Shown here: positions 50,003 through 60,278 of the stretch, piece by piece | Position numbering within the stretch: position 1 is the first letter of the stretch | Layout: every line of letters begins with the position of its first letter | Assembly (NCBI GenBank): GCA_946621875.1 | Contig: CAMOOX010000001.1 | Span: 6,280 to 70,279, forward strand | DNA: 64,000 bases | Origin: an uncultured Clostridia bacterium | GTDB taxonomy: Bacteria; Bacillota; Clostridia; UBA1381 | Direction: 5' to 3' | Notes under the pieces: generated by a model | What the model was told of the DNA's origin: nothing | Databases searched by the model: none | Seen by the model: only the letters and a program-made list of their open reading frames with translations | Position numbers and translations under genes: made by a program

Positions 50003-50944
50003 ATGTTTAAGGGAAAAGCGGTAATAGTAGGAGCGGGAGCAGTAGGCTCGACAACAGCTTATACGCTTATGCTTTCGGGACTTTTTAAAGAAATAGTTTT
50101 AATAGATGTGAATAAAGATAAAGCAGAGGGTGATGCACTTGATATGTCACACGGTGTATCATTGGTAAAACCCGTAGTTGTAACAGCAGGGGATTATAGC
50201 GATTGCAAGGACGCCGATATTATAATTATCACGGCAGGCATTCCGCAAAAGGACGGTCAGACAAGGCTTGACCTGTTAAAAGAAAATGTAGAGCTTTTTA
50301 AGAAAATAATAAAAAGTATAATGTCATATGCGCCAAGCGATGTCATTTTGATGACTGTTTCAAATCCTGTGGATATTTTGACATATGTAACCTATAAGCT
50401 ATCAGGGCTCAAAAAAAATCAGGTTCTGGGTTCAGGAACGGTTCTTGACACTTCGCGACTCAAATATATGATAAGCAAGAAAACGGGCGTTGATGCGAGA
50501 AACTGCCATACCTATATAATAGGCGAACACGGCGATAGCGAGGTTGCGGCATGGAGCGTTACAAATATTGGCGGAATGACTATGCATGAGTTCTGTAAAT
50601 ATACAGGAAAGTGTGATATGAACGACCTTGATAAGATGTATCAGGATGTAAAAAATGCCGCATATGATATAATCAGCAAAAAAGGTGCAACATACTATGC
50701 AATAGCTGTTGCAGTATCGAGAATATGCGAGGCAATAGTGGGAGATGAAAACTCGATTTTGACGGTTTCGGGCATATTTGAAGGAGAATACGGAATACGG
50801 GATGTTGCGCTTTCAGTGCCTACTATGGTGGGAAAAGGCGGAGTAGAGAGAATTTTTGAAGTGCCTTTTGGAAAAGAGGAAATAAAAGGTCTCAACGACT
50901 CGGCAATAACGCTTTCAGACCTTTTAAGACAAATAGGAATGTAA
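50003..50944 (+). CDS. ldh: L-lactate dehydrogenase
   Basis: 313 aa. VGAGAVGS NAD fold and IIGEHGDSEV catalytic-His region. Confidence 0.94.
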   Translation: MFKGKAVIVGAGAVGSTTAYTLMLSGLFKEIVLIDVNKDKAEGDALDMSHGVSLVKPVVVTAGDYSDCKDADIIIITAGIPQKDGQTRLDLLKENVELFKKIIKSIMSYAPSDVILMTVSNPVDILTYVTYKLSGLKKNQVLGSGTVLDTSRLKYMISKKTGVDARNCHTYIIGEHGDSEVAAWSVTNIGGMTMHEFCKYTGKCDMNDLDKMYQDVKNAAYDIISKKGATYYAIAVAVSRICEAIVGDENSILTVSGIFEGEYGIRDVALSVPTMVGKGGVERIFEVPFGKEEIKGLNDSAITLSDLLRQIGM

Positions 50945-50950
50945 TTGTAG

Positions 50951-50979
50951 AAATTCAGCTTCTTTAAGCTGAATTTTTT
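50951..50979 (+). terminator. Intrinsic terminator after ldh
   Basis: 11-bp stem AAATTCAGCTT / AAGCTGAATTT with a 4-nt loop, followed by TTT. Confidence 0.8.
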
Positions 50980-51097
50980 GTGCAAAAAAATACTCTTTTT
51001 CTATTGCAAAATTCTGTAAAATATTGTAAAATGTATAATGAGGAAGATTTGGGATTATTTAAAGAGTTCCTCTTAAAACAATTGGAAGGAGAGCATT

Positions 51098-51355
51098 ATG
51101 GAACCGTCAAATTTATTGGTTGTTTGCCTTGGAATGGGTACTGTGTTTTTCGGACTGATATGCCTTATTGCAATATGTAAGTTGACGAGCTTTGTTTGTA
51201 TGATGTTTGAAAAAAATACAAAAAAAACTGACATCGCTAAGGCAGAAGCTATTCAGAATAAACAAGAAATTTTAGCAGCGGTTTGTGCTGTAATAGCGGA
51301 AGAAACAGGCACCGATGCAAAAAATATAAGAGTATTATCATTTAAAAGAATATAG
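51098..51355 (+). CDS. OadG-family small membrane subunit of the Na+-translocating decarboxylase
   Basis: 85 aa. Single N-terminal TM helix LLVVCLGMGTVFFGLICLIAI. First gene of the decarboxylase operon. Confidence 0.7.
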   Translation: MEPSNLLVVCLGMGTVFFGLICLIAICKLTSFVCMMFEKNTKKTDIAKAEAIQNKQEILAAVCAVIAEETGTDAKNIRVLSFKRI

Positions 51356-51367
51356 GAGGCTAAAAAA

Positions 51368-51703
51368 ATGAAAAAATATAAAGTAAATGTAAACGGAACA
51401 AGTTATGAAGTGGAAATCGAGCTTATGGGTGAAGGAGCAAGCACTCACACTGCTGTAAAATCTGAGCAGGCACCTAAAACGCAGGGTGAGGGAGAAAAGG
51501 TTACAAGCCCAATGCCCGGCACAATTTTAGATGTTAAGGTAAAGGTAGGCGACAGCGTTAAAAAAGGTCAGGTACTTATGGTCTTAGAGGCAATGAAGAT
51601 GGAAAATGAAATTATGGCAGGAACAGACGGCACAGTTACCTCTGTTGCAGTTTCAAAAGGTGCGTCGGTAACTACGGGCGATATGCTTTTGACAATAAAA
51701 TAA
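51368..51703 (+). CDS. Biotin carboxyl carrier subunit of the decarboxylase
   Basis: 111 aa. Biotinyl-lysine motif LEAMKMENEI. Confidence 0.87.
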   Translation: MKKYKVNVNGTSYEVEIELMGEGASTHTAVKSEQAPKTQGEGEKVTSPMPGTILDVKVKVGDSVKKGQVLMVLEAMKMENEIMAGTDGTVTSVAVSKGASVTTGDMLLTIK

Positions 51704-51718
51704 TCGGAGGACTGAAAA

Positions 51719-52945
51719 ATGGAAGCAATAACGAATTTTTTGGGACAGACGGGTTTTGCAATGCTTGCCTCCGGTGACAATTGGCAGACAATTATAATGG
51801 TTTTAATTGCTTGCTTTTTGCTTTATCTTGCCATTGTTAAGAAGTTTGAGCCGCTACTTCTTTTGCCGATAGCCTTCGGTATGCTACTAACAAACCTTGT
51901 CGGTGCGGAAATTTATCACGAAGCGCTTTTTGAAGGCGGACATGTGCATTGGGATATGTTTGGAGGCGCTGGCGATATAACGCCGGGGCTTGTTGATTAT
52001 CTGTATCTTGGTGTAAAACTCGGAATTTACCCTTGTCTTATCTTCATCGGAGTAGGCGCAATGACCGATTTCGGCCCCTTGATTGCAAATCCTAAGAGCT
52101 TGCTTTTGGGTGCTGCGGCACAACTTGGTATATTTATGACATTTTTGGGAGTAAAAGAGCTGTTTCCGATAGTAATTCCCGCACTTGATACATTTTTGGG
52201 AGGAACACCTCTTCAAAATCTTGCGTCATCTGTCGGAATTATAGGCGGTGCAGACGGGCCTACGGCGATTTTTGTAACATCAAGGTTAGCGCCCGACTTT
52301 TTAGGACCTATTGCGGTTGCGGCATATTCATATATGGCACTTGTGCCTGTAATTCAGCCGCCGATTATGAAGGCTTTGACAACCAAGAAAGAGCGTCAGA
52401 TAGTTATGAACGCACTTCGCCCTGTATCGAAGACAGAAAAAATTATCTTCCCGATAGTGGTTACAATTTTTGTTGCATGGCTTGTACCGTCAGCAGCTCC
52501 TCTTGTAGGCTCGCTGATGCTTGGAAATCTTCTTACAGAGTCAGGTGTTTGTGACAGACTTTCCAAAACTGTTCAAAATGAGCTTATGAATATTGTTACA
52601 ATCTTTTTGGGCATTTCGGTCGGTGCAACAGCAACGGCAAAAACCTTCTTGTCACCCCTTACCCTCTGCATACTTGCCATGGGAATAATCGCTTTTGGAA
52701 TGGGTACGGCAGGCGGTGTGCTTTTGGCAAAGTTTATGAACCTTTTCTTGAAGCAGAAGATAAATCCGCTTATCGGAAGCGCAGGTGTTTCTGCTGTTCC
52801 TATGGCGGCACGCGTTTCACAGAAGGTGGGACAGGAGGAAAATCCGAAAAACTTTTTGCTTATGCACGCTATGGGACCGAATGTTGCGGGCGTTATAGGC
52901 TCTGCAACTGCCGCAGGTGTACTTTTGGCGCTGTTTGCAAAGTAG
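51719..52945 (+). CDS. Na+-translocating decarboxylase beta subunit (OadB/GcdB/MmdB family)
   Basis: 408 aa polytopic membrane protein. Conserved ..IGGADGPT.. and ..[13 protein letters not shown].. segments. Confidence 0.9.
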   Translation: MEAITNFLGQTGFAMLASGDNWQTIIMVLIACFLLYLAIVKKFEPLLLLPIAFGMLLTNLVGAEIYHEALFEGGHVHWDMFGGAGDITPGLVDYLYLGVKLGIYPCLIFIGVGAMTDFGPLIANPKSLLLGAAAQLGIFMTFLGVKELFPIVIPALDTFLGGTPLQNLASSVGIIGGADGPTAIFVTSRLAPDFLGPIAVAAYSYMALVPVIQPPIMKALTTKKERQIVMNALRPVSKTEKIIFPIVVTIFVAWLVPSAAPLVGSLMLGNLLTESGVCDRLSKTVQNELMNIVTIFLGISVGATATAKTFLSPLTLCILAMGIIAFGMGTAGGVLLAKFMNLFLKQKINPLIGSAGVSAVPMAARVSQKVGQEENPKNFLLMHAMGPNVAGVIGSATAAGVLLALFAK

Positions 52946-52961
52946 GAAAGGACATTTTATT

Positions 52962-54353
52962 ATGAGTAAACTATATATAACCGACACAATTTTGAGAGAT
53001 GCGCATCAATCCCAGGCGGCGACAAGAATGAGAACAGAGGATATGATTCCTGCCTGCAAAATTCTTGACAGTATTGGTTATTGGTCGCTTGAATGCTGGG
53101 GCGGCGCAACATTTGACGCTTGTATGCGATTTTTGAATGAAGACCCATGGGAGAGATTACGCACATTAAGGGCCAATATGCCTAACACTAAACTACAAAT
53201 GCTCTTCCGCGGTCAGAATATTCTGGGCTATAAGCATTATGCTGATGATGTTGTCAGAGAGTTCTGTAAAAAATCGATTGAAAACGGAATAGATGTCGTA
53301 AGAATTTTTGATGCACTAAACGACCCGAGAAATTTGGAGTCTGCAATAAAATTTGTCAAGGAATACGGCGGTCATGTAGAGGCTGCAATAAGCTATACTG
53401 TAAGCCCTGTTCATAATATCGACTATTTTGTAAAGCTTTCCGAAACGCTTGAAAAAATGGGCGCAGACTCAATTTGTATTAAGGATATGGCAAACTTGCT
53501 GCTTCCGTACGATTGCTATGAGCTTGTAAAGAAGTTGAAAGAAAATATCAGCGTACCGATACATCTTCATACGCATAATACGGCGGGTACAGGAGATATG
53601 ACAAATCTTATGGCAGTAAGAGCAGGCGTTGATATTGTGGATTGTGCGCTTTCGCCTCTTGCAAACGGAACATCAAATCCGTCAACCGAGGCAATGGTCG
53701 CAACTTTAAAAGGTACAGATCGCGATACGGGACTTGACCTTAAAAAACTTTCAGAGGCTGCGGCACATTTCAGAAAGGTTGCTGACCGCTTAAAAGCTGA
53801 CGGAATTTTAGACCCCAAGGTTTTGAATGTTGACCCGAATGCACTTCTGTATCAGGTTCCTGGCGGAATGTTATCAAACCTTATATCGCAGCTTAAACAG
53901 CAAAATGCAGAAGATAAGTATTACGAGGTTTTGGCAGAAGTCCCGAGAGTAAGAAAAGATTTCGGATATCCGCCTCTTGTAACTCCGACAAGTCAGATTG
54001 TCGGAACACAGGCAGTTTTAAATGTGCTTATGGGCAGATATAAGATGATAAGCAAGGAGTCAAAGGGAATACTCCGTGGTGAGTACGGTAAATTACCGGG
54101 CAGCGTAAATGAAGAGGTACGCAAATTAGCAATAGGCGACGATGAAGTAATAACCTGCCGCCCTGCCGATTTGATAGAGCCGGAACTTCCAAAATATCGG
54201 GAGGAAACAAAGGATTTTGCGAAATCTGAGGAAGATGTGTTAAGCTATGCGCTTTTCCCACAGGTTGCAAAGAAATTCTTTGATACGCGTGATGCAAAAA
54301 AAGAGACAAAAAATGAGGAAATAACAGAGATTTTTGTTGAAGATTTATCATAA
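52962..54353 (+). CDS. Oxaloacetate decarboxylase alpha subunit (carboxyltransferase, 5S/HMGL-like), lacking a biotinyl domain
   Basis: MSKLYITDTILRDAHQS TIM-barrel start and HLHTHNTAG metal site. 463 aa, ending without an AMKM motif. The track start at 52917 overlaps the beta subunit. Confidence 0.9.
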   Translation: MSKLYITDTILRDAHQSQAATRMRTEDMIPACKILDSIGYWSLECWGGATFDACMRFLNEDPWERLRTLRANMPNTKLQMLFRGQNILGYKHYADDVVREFCKKSIENGIDVVRIFDALNDPRNLESAIKFVKEYGGHVEAAISYTVSPVHNIDYFVKLSETLEKMGADSICIKDMANLLLPYDCYELVKKLKENISVPIHLHTHNTAGTGDMTNLMAVRAGVDIVDCALSPLANGTSNPSTEAMVATLKGTDRDTGLDLKKLSEAAAHFRKVADRLKADGILDPKVLNVDPNALLYQVPGGMLSNLISQLKQQNAEDKYYEVLAEVPRVRKDFGYPPLVTPTSQIVGTQAVLNVLMGRYKMISKESKGILRGEYGKLPGSVNEEVRKLAIGDDEVITCRPADLIEPELPKYREETKDFAKSEEDVLSYALFPQVAKKFFDTRDAKKETKNEEITEIFVEDLS

Positions 54354-54365
54354 AGGAGAAGAAAA

Positions 54366-55589
54366 ATGGCGGAAGAAAATGTTTTTGACGTCTTAAAAGA
54401 GAGAGGACTGATTGCTCAGACAACCCACGAAGAAGAGATAAGAGAGCTTTTGGGCAAGGAAAAAGTTACCTTTTATATCGGATTTGACCCAACAGCAGAC
54501 AGTCTGCATGTGGGGCACTTCCTGCAAATGGTTGTAATGAAGCATATGCAGGACCACGGTCATCGTCCTATCGCATTAATAGGCGGAGGAACGGCACATA
54601 TTGGTGACCCGTCGGGAAGAACCGATATGCGTCAAATGATGACAAAAGAAACGATTGATCATAATGCAGAATGTTTTAAAAAGCAGCTTTCCTGCCTTGT
54701 AGATTTCTCCGATGGGAAAGCAATAATGGTAAATAATGCCGACTGGCTGTTAAACCTTAACTATGTGGATTTTATCCGTGATATTGGCTCGCAGTTTTCG
54801 GTAAATGCGATGCTTACAGCCGAGTGTTTTAAACAAAGGCTTGAAAAAGGTTTGTCCTTTTTGGAATTCAACTATATGCCGATGCAGAGCTATGATTTTC
54901 TTATGCTAAACAGAAAATACGGTTGTAAAATTGAGCTTGGCGGAGATGACCAGTGGTCAAATATCCTGGGCGGGATAAAGCTTTGCCACAGAAAAGACGG
55001 AAAACAGGTTTATGGTATGACATTTACTCTCCTGACAACCTCAGAGGGCAAAAAAATGGGTAAAACCGCAAAGGGTGCGCTATGGCTGGATAGCGAAAAA
55101 TGCTCGCCTTATGACTTTTACCAGTATTGGGTAAATGTTCAGGATGCGGATGTGATAAAATGCTTAAAACTTCTCACATTTATTCCTATGGACGAAATTC
55201 GCGCTATGGAAAAATGGGAGGGCGCGGAACTTAACCGTGCCAAAAAAATCTTAGCTTACGAAGTTACCAAGATGGTACATGGCGAGGAGATTGCAAATCA
55301 GGTAAAAAATGCGGCTGAGGCTGTATTTTCAGGCAGCGGAGTAAGCGAAGATATGCCGACAACAGAAATTGAGCAGATAGACGGAAAAGGCATTTTGGAC
55401 TTGCTCGCAGAAATCGGTATAGTTGCCTCAAAAGCGGAGGCAAGGCGCCTGATTCAGCAAAATGGACTTACTGTAAACGACCAAAAAATTACCGATGCCA
55501 ACCTCATTTTAGATAAAAGCTATGTAGGCGAAAATGGAATGATTGTTAAAAAGGGTAAAAAAGTATTCCATAGAGTTATTTTAAAATAA
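54366..55589 (+). CDS. tyrS: Tyrosine--tRNA ligase
   Basis: HIGH variant LHVGHF, KMSKS variant KMGKT, C-terminal S4 domain. AAGGAG RBS; starts 12 nt after the previous stop. Confidence 0.95.
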   Translation: MAEENVFDVLKERGLIAQTTHEEEIRELLGKEKVTFYIGFDPTADSLHVGHFLQMVVMKHMQDHGHRPIALIGGGTAHIGDPSGRTDMRQMMTKETIDHNAECFKKQLSCLVDFSDGKAIMVNNADWLLNLNYVDFIRDIGSQFSVNAMLTAECFKQRLEKGLSFLEFNYMPMQSYDFLMLNRKYGCKIELGGDDQWSNILGGIKLCHRKDGKQVYGMTFTLLTTSEGKKMGKTAKGALWLDSEKCSPYDFYQYWVNVQDADVIKCLKLLTFIPMDEIRAMEKWEGAELNRAKKILAYEVTKMVHGEEIANQVKNAAEAVFSGSGVSEDMPTTEIEQIDGKGILDLLAEIGIVASKAEARRLIQQNGLTVNDQKITDANLILDKSYVGENGMIVKKGKKVFHRVILK

Positions 55590-55618
55590 AAAAGTGCAGT
55601 TTCAACTGCACTTTTTTT
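55589..55618. terminator. Bidirectional intrinsic terminator between tyrS and metK
   Basis: AAAAAGTGCAGTT / AACTGCACTTTTT palindrome with A- and T-runs on both sides. Confidence 0.8.
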
Positions 55619-55619
55619 G

Positions 55620-56801
55620 TTACTTCAAAGCATTTAAGAGTGCTTCGGTCATATTTGTCTCTTCCCATTTTACGCCTAAATCTTCTCTTCCCATATGTCC
55701 GTAGGAGGAGAGTTTTTTGTAAATTGGTTTTCTTAAATCCAATTTTTCAATAATTGCGTGGGGTCTCAGGTCGAAAACTTTGTTTACAGCATCAGCAAGT
55801 GCCTCGTCTGAAACCTTTCCCGTGCCAAAAGTATCAATCATAACCGAAACGGGACGCGCAACACCTATCGCATATGCAATCTGTACTTCGCATTTTTGGC
55901 AAAGACCTGCTGCAACAATATTTTTTGCAACCCAGCGTGCAGCATATGCAGCGCTTCGGTCAACCTTTGTTGGGTCCTTTCCCGAAAAAGCTCCGCCTCC
56001 GTGACGGGCGTAGCCACCGTAGGTATCAACAATTATTTTTCTCCCTGTAAGTCCTGAATCGCCCTGAGGACCGCCAACAACAAAGCGCCCAGTCGGGTTT
56101 ATATAGTACTTTGTTTTATCTGTTAGGAGTTTTTCGTCAATCGTGGTTTTTACAACTTCCCGTATTATGTCCTCTCGTATCTGCGAAAGAGAAACTTCTG
56201 GTGCGTGCTGTGAAGAAATTACAACAGTATCTACCGAAACAGGTTTTCCGTCTATATATTCGACTGTAACCTGTGTTTTTCCATCGGGGCGAAGATAGGG
56301 CAAAGTGCCGTTTTTGCGCACTTCGGTAAGCTTTTTTGCAAGACGGTGCGCAAGAGATATGGGAAGCGGCATAAGCTCGGGCGTTTCGTCGCACGCATAG
56401 CCGAACATCATACCCTGGTCGCCTGCACCATTTGTATTTTCTATATCATTTTCGCCGTTTTTATTTTCAAACCCTTCATTTACACCCATTGCTATATCGG
56501 GCGACTGTTCATCAATAGCCGTTACAACGGCGCAGGTGTTGCCGTCAAAGCCGTATTTTGCACGGTCATATCCGATTTCAATTATGGCGCCTCTTGCAAC
56601 TTTCGGAAAATCAACATAACAACTTGTGGAAATTTCGCCCATTATAGAAACAATGCCTGTTGTGCAGGTTGTTTCGCAGGCAACTCGTGCGTTAGGGTCC
56701 TGTTTTAAAATTTCGTCTAATATTGCGTCGGAAATGCAGTCGCATATTTTATCAGGATGTCCTTCTGTGACCGATTCCGATGTAAATAACATTCGTTTCA
56801 T
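55620..56801 (-). CDS. metK: S-adenosylmethionine synthetase
   Basis: [18 protein letters not shown] start (AAGAAGG RBS). [12 protein letters not shown] and GGGAFSGKD motifs. The track start at 56825 is rejected. Confidence 0.96.
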   Translation of the reverse strand: MKRMLFTSESVTEGHPDKICDCISDAILDEILKQDPNARVACETTCTTGIVSIMGEISTSCYVDFPKVARGAIIEIGYDRAKYGFDGNTCAVVTAIDEQSPDIAMGVNEGFENKNGENDIENTNGAGDQGMMFGYACDETPELMPLPISLAHRLAKKLTEVRKNGTLPYLRPDGKTQVTVEYIDGKPVSVDTVVISSQHAPEVSLSQIREDIIREVVKTTIDEKLLTDKTKYYINPTGRFVVGGPQGDSGLTGRKIIVDTYGGYARHGGGAFSGKDPTKVDRSAAYAARWVAKNIVAAGLCQKCEVQIAYAIGVARPVSVMIDTFGTGKVSDEALADAVNKVFDLRPHAIIEKLDLRKPIYKKLSSYGHMGREDLGVKWEETNMTEALLNALK

Positions 56802-56836
56802 AAGTAAAAAACCTTCTTTTCGCAAATTATGACATA

Positions 56837-56865
56837 ATTATAACATAAAATACCCCTTTTTGCAA
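56837..56865 (-). promoter_or_regulatory. Sigma-A-type promoter of metK
   Basis: Minus strand: TTGCAA (56860-56865), 17-nt spacer, TATAAT (56837-56842). This leaves only about a 30-nt 5' UTR. Confidence 0.6.
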
Positions 56866-56882
56866 TAGAATATAAAATATAC

Positions 56883-56911
56883 TTGAAAATATATATGCAA
56901 TATGGTATAAT
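56883..56911 (+). promoter_or_regulatory. Sigma-A-type promoter of nfeD-SPFH-mrp
   Basis: TTGAAA (56883-56888), 17-nt spacer, TATAAT (56906-56911). Confidence 0.6.
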
Positions 56912-56960
56912 TCTATATGGCAATATGCCATTTTAACATAAGAAAGGCGGTGGATTTACT

Positions 56961-57380
56961 GTGGGATATGTTTGGTTATTTTTTACAATCATGTTTGGCG
57001 TTTTGGAGGCTGTGACGGTACAGATAGTATCCATCTGGTTTGCAGGAGGAAGCGTGTGTGCAATGATTGCGTATGCACTTGGCGCAAGTGAACCTGTTCA
57101 GATAGTGGTTTTTGTTATATCGTCAGCAGTACTGCTGCTGCTAACCAGACCGTTTGTAAAAAAGATGACAAAAGGGCAAAAGGTCAGCACCAATGCGGAC
57201 AGCCTTATAGGCAAAACCGCAGTAGTTACCAAAAAAACCGATGAGCTTGGGCTTTTAGGCGAAGCAAGAGTCGGAGGAAGCGTATGGACGATTTGTTCCG
57301 CTGACGGCGCGCCAATCGAAGAAAACGAAAAAGTGACGGTCGAAAAAATAGAAGGCGTAAAGCTGATAGTTAGAAAGTAG
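56961..57380 (+). CDS. NfeD-family membrane protein
   Basis: 139 aa, GTG start. Two or three TM helices plus a C-terminal OB-like soluble domain (..ARVGGSVWT..). Precedes an SPFH gene, as is typical. Confidence 0.8.
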   Translation: MGYVWLFFTIMFGVLEAVTVQIVSIWFAGGSVCAMIAYALGASEPVQIVVFVISSAVLLLLTRPFVKKMTKGQKVSTNADSLIGKTAVVTKKTDELGLLGEARVGGSVWTICSADGAPIEENEKVTVEKIEGVKLIVRK

Positions 57381-57388
57381 GTAGAATT

Positions 57389-58282
57389 ATGGGATATTTA
57401 TTTATTTTGGCAATACTTGTAATTGCACTGGTAATTACTAACATTAAAATAGTGCCTCAGGCACACGCTTATATTATAGAGCGTTTCGGCGGATATAGCC
57501 AAACTTGGGGAGTGGGACTTCATCTTAAAATCCCATTTATAGAAAAGATTTCAAAAAGGGTTAGCTTAAAGGAACATGTTGTGGACTTTCCGCCTCAGCC
57601 TGTTATCACAAAGGACAATGTAACTATGCAGATAGATACGGTTGTTTATTACCAGATTACCGACCCTAAGCTCTTTGCGTACGGCGTTGAGCGCCCTATG
57701 ATGGCGATTGAAAACTTAACCGCAACAACGCTTCGTAATATAATCGGTGAGATGGAGCTTGATGAAACACTAACATCGCGTGATATAGTAAACACAAAAA
57801 TGCGCTCAATTCTTGATGAGGCGACAGACCCGTGGGGAATTAAAATTAACCGCGTAGAGCTTAAAAACATCATTCCGCCGAGAGAGATTCAGGACGCAAT
57901 GGAAAAGCAGATGAAAGCTGAGCGTGAGCGCCGTGAGTCGATTTTAAAGGCTGAGGGTGAGAAAAAGGCAGCAATTCTTATGGCAGAGGGTGAAAAGGAA
58001 TCTGCAATACTCCGCGCCGAGGCTAAAAAGCAGGCGGCAATAAAGGAAGCAGAGGGTCAGGCTGAGGCAATAATCCGAGTTCAGACTGCCGTTTCAGAAG
58101 GTATAAGAAAAATCAATGAGGCAAATCCGAGCGAGGCATATATTGCAATCAAGTCTTTGGAAAGCTTTGAAAAGGCAGCAGACGGAAAAGCAACAAAGAT
58201 TATTATACCGTCCAAAATTCAGGGAGTTGCGGGTCTTGCAACATCTTTAACAGAGCTTATAAAAGGAGAGAAGGATAAATAA
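57389..58282 (+). CDS. SPFH/band-7 (stomatin-like) protein
   Basis: 297 aa. N-terminal TM helix, SPFH domain (..TKDNVTMQIDTVVYYQI..) and an A/E-rich coiled coil. Confidence 0.9.
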   Translation: MGYLFILAILVIALVITNIKIVPQAHAYIIERFGGYSQTWGVGLHLKIPFIEKISKRVSLKEHVVDFPPQPVITKDNVTMQIDTVVYYQITDPKLFAYGVERPMMAIENLTATTLRNIIGEMELDETLTSRDIVNTKMRSILDEATDPWGIKINRVELKNIIPPREIQDAMEKQMKAERERRESILKAEGEKKAAILMAEGEKESAILRAEAKKQAAIKEAEGQAEAIIRVQTAVSEGIRKINEANPSEAYIAIKSLESFEKAADGKATKIIIPSKIQGVAGLATSLTELIKGEKDK

Positions 58283-59106
58283 TGGCAGAAGAATGTATGC
58301 ATAATTGTGAAAGCTGTGGGCAAAATTGCGGAAGCAAAGAGCCTCAAAGCTTTTTGGAAAAACCGCACGAGCTTTCAAATATAAAAAAAGTCATAGGCGT
58401 AGTCAGCGGAAAAGGCGGTGTCGGAAAATCAATAGTGACCTCGCTTTTGGCGGTTATTATGCAAAGAAGAGGGTTTAATACGGCGATACTTGACGCCGAT
58501 ATAACAGGCCCTTCTATTCCAAAAACTTTTGGTATTTCAGGTAAAGTTGAAGGCACGGATAATGCGCTTTTTCCTGCAAAATCAAAAATGGGCACACAAA
58601 TAATATCGACAAATATGCTGCTCGAAAAGGACACAGACCCGGTTATTTGGCGAGGCCCTGTAATTGCAGGGGTTGTTAAACAATTCTGGACAGATGTAAT
58701 CTGGAAAGATGTCGATTTTATGTTTGTGGATATGCCGCCCGGAACAGGCGATGTTCCGCTTACTGTCTTCCAATCTCTGCCTATATCAGGAATAGTGGTT
58801 GTGACTTCCCCACAAGAGCTTGTGGGTATGGTGGTTAAAAAGGCTGTGAAAATGGCAGAAATGATGAAAATTCCCGTTTTAGGCGTAGTTGAAAATATGT
58901 CATACTTTGAATGTCCCGACTGTCACAAAAAGCACAGTATTCTCGGCGAAAGCCGAATAGCGGATTTTGCAAAAGAAGAGGGCATTGAAACTATTTCAAA
59001 AATCCCGCTTGACAGTAAACTGGCAAGCGCCTGTGACAAGGGAATGATTGAGCTTTTTGAGGGCGATTGGCTCGATGACTTGGCGGATAAAATTGAGAAA
59101 TTGTAG
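58282..59106 (+). CDS. Mrp/NBP35-family ATP-binding Fe-S cluster carrier (ApbC-like)
   Basis: Deviant Walker A SGKGGVGKS, CxxC (CPDC) motif and an N-terminal Cys-rich CESCGQNC. Confidence 0.9.
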   Translation: MAEECMHNCESCGQNCGSKEPQSFLEKPHELSNIKKVIGVVSGKGGVGKSIVTSLLAVIMQRRGFNTAILDADITGPSIPKTFGISGKVEGTDNALFPAKSKMGTQIISTNMLLEKDTDPVIWRGPVIAGVVKQFWTDVIWKDVDFMFVDMPPGTGDVPLTVFQSLPISGIVVVTSPQELVGMVVKKAVKMAEMMKIPVLGVVENMSYFECPDCHKKHSILGESRIADFAKEEGIETISKIPLDSKLASACDKGMIELFEGDWLDDLADKIEKL

Positions 59107-59108
59107 AA

Positions 59109-59143
59109 TAAAAAAAGAAATTGCATAAGCAATTTCTTTTTTT
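59109..59143. terminator. Bidirectional intrinsic terminator between mrp and the recombinase gene
   Basis: AAAAAAGAAATTGC-ATAA-GCAATTTCTTTTTT. Confidence 0.8.
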
Positions 59144-60197
59144 ATTCGCTATCATCAGGCAGTTTTAAAACATCAAGATTTTGCATAACCTCGCGCCGTT
59201 TCTGACTGCTATACTGAGCATAGTATTTGTGAGTGACCTCAATATTTTTGTGTCCCATAAGCTCGGCAACCATCTTTATATCGACTCCGTCTTCTAAAAG
59301 TCGGCAGGCAAAGGTGCGCCTTAAAGCATGGGGGCGCGTTTTGTCAGGGTGTGTTATGCCTACGGCATGACAGTAGTTTTTGAGCATTTTTTCGACTGCC
59401 GCAGTAGTCAGCGCCTTTCCTGTACGCCCTAAGAATAAAGGTCCTGAATCACGGACGGGATTTTTGTCCTTTACAAGATAATCATATATTACATTGCTTA
59501 CCTGCACAGGCATAAAAATCTCCTGCTGGTCGCCGCCCTTTCGTGTTACAATAAAAGACTGCGTATCAAAATCAATATCGGTAACTTGCAGGTTTACCAA
59601 CTCGCTGACGCGTATCCCGGTGCCCAAATATGTAGTAAAGATTGCTATATCTCGTTCCTTTTTGTTCTTGTATTCTGTAAGAGTTCTGCCTTCAAAGTAT
59701 TTTTCGCCGTTGTAAATAACATCAATAAGCTGCATAGTTTCCATACTTGTTAGGGGCTTTTTTATTTTTTGATGCAGTTTTGCAAAATCCACTTTATCGG
59801 TCACATTCTGCGAAATCTGTTCGGTTTTATAAAGGTAAATGAAAAGTCCGCGAACAGCTGAAAGCTTGCGGTTTATTCCGTATGCGGAGTTTCTGCATAT
59901 TCGTTTTACGGGGCGCCCTGCCGGAGATAAGTATTCGGTTTCATATTCACGAAGGTATGCCTTAAAGCGTATCAGGTCGCTTGGTGTGACCTTTTCCATA
60001 TCGGAGGGCGTAAAATCCTCATTTTTTTTGATATTGCGGAATTTAAACTGCCTTAAATAATTGAGAAAAATTCGCACATCAATACTGTATCCGAGCTGAG
60101 TGTTTATGCTTTCGCCCGTATAATATTCCTCAATGTACGCAAAAACAAAATCAGGGAGTTCATTTAAATAATTGCCCAGATAGTGACGCTTTGCCAT
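59142..60197 (-). CDS. Tyrosine site-specific recombinase (phage-integrase family, XerC/XerS-like)
   Basis: 351 aa. Catalytic set visible: GIRVSE (Arg), HALRRTF (His-x-x-Arg), MGHKNI (His), THKYY (Tyr). N-terminal SAM-like core-binding domain. Confidence 0.85.
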   Translation of the reverse strand: MAKRHYLGNYLNELPDFVFAYIEEYYTGESINTQLGYSIDVRIFLNYLRQFKFRNIKKNEDFTPSDMEKVTPSDLIRFKAYLREYETEYLSPAGRPVKRICRNSAYGINRKLSAVRGLFIYLYKTEQISQNVTDKVDFAKLHQKIKKPLTSMETMQLIDVIYNGEKYFEGRTLTEYKNKKERDIAIFTTYLGTGIRVSELVNLQVTDIDFDTQSFIVTRKGGDQQEIFMPVQVSNVIYDYLVKDKNPVRDSGPLFLGRTGKALTTAAVEKMLKNYCHAVGITHPDKTRPHALRRTFACRLLEDGVDIKMVAELMGHKNIEVTHKYYAQYSSQKRREVMQNLDVLKLPDDSE

Positions 60198-60233
60198 AGA
60201 ATACTCCCCCCCCTTACACTTAATTTTGAAACA

Positions 60234-60262
60234 ATTATATATTTTTTTTTGGTATTTTTCAA
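60234..60262 (-). promoter_or_regulatory. Sigma-A-type promoter of the recombinase gene
   Basis: Minus strand: TTGAAA (60257-60262), 17-nt spacer, TATAAT (60234-60239). The -35 lies inside the palindrome ATTTTT-CAAT-AAAAAT (60254-60269). Confidence 0.55.
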
Positions 60263-60278
60263 TAAAAATTGCTGAATT

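Noticed and set aside
50980-51180. 66-aa ORF (GTG start) spanning the ldh terminator / oad promoter region
   Set aside because: It starts inside the ldh terminator T-tract, has no RBS and overlaps the better-supported oadG start (GGAAGGAG RBS at 51098). It is likely spurious.
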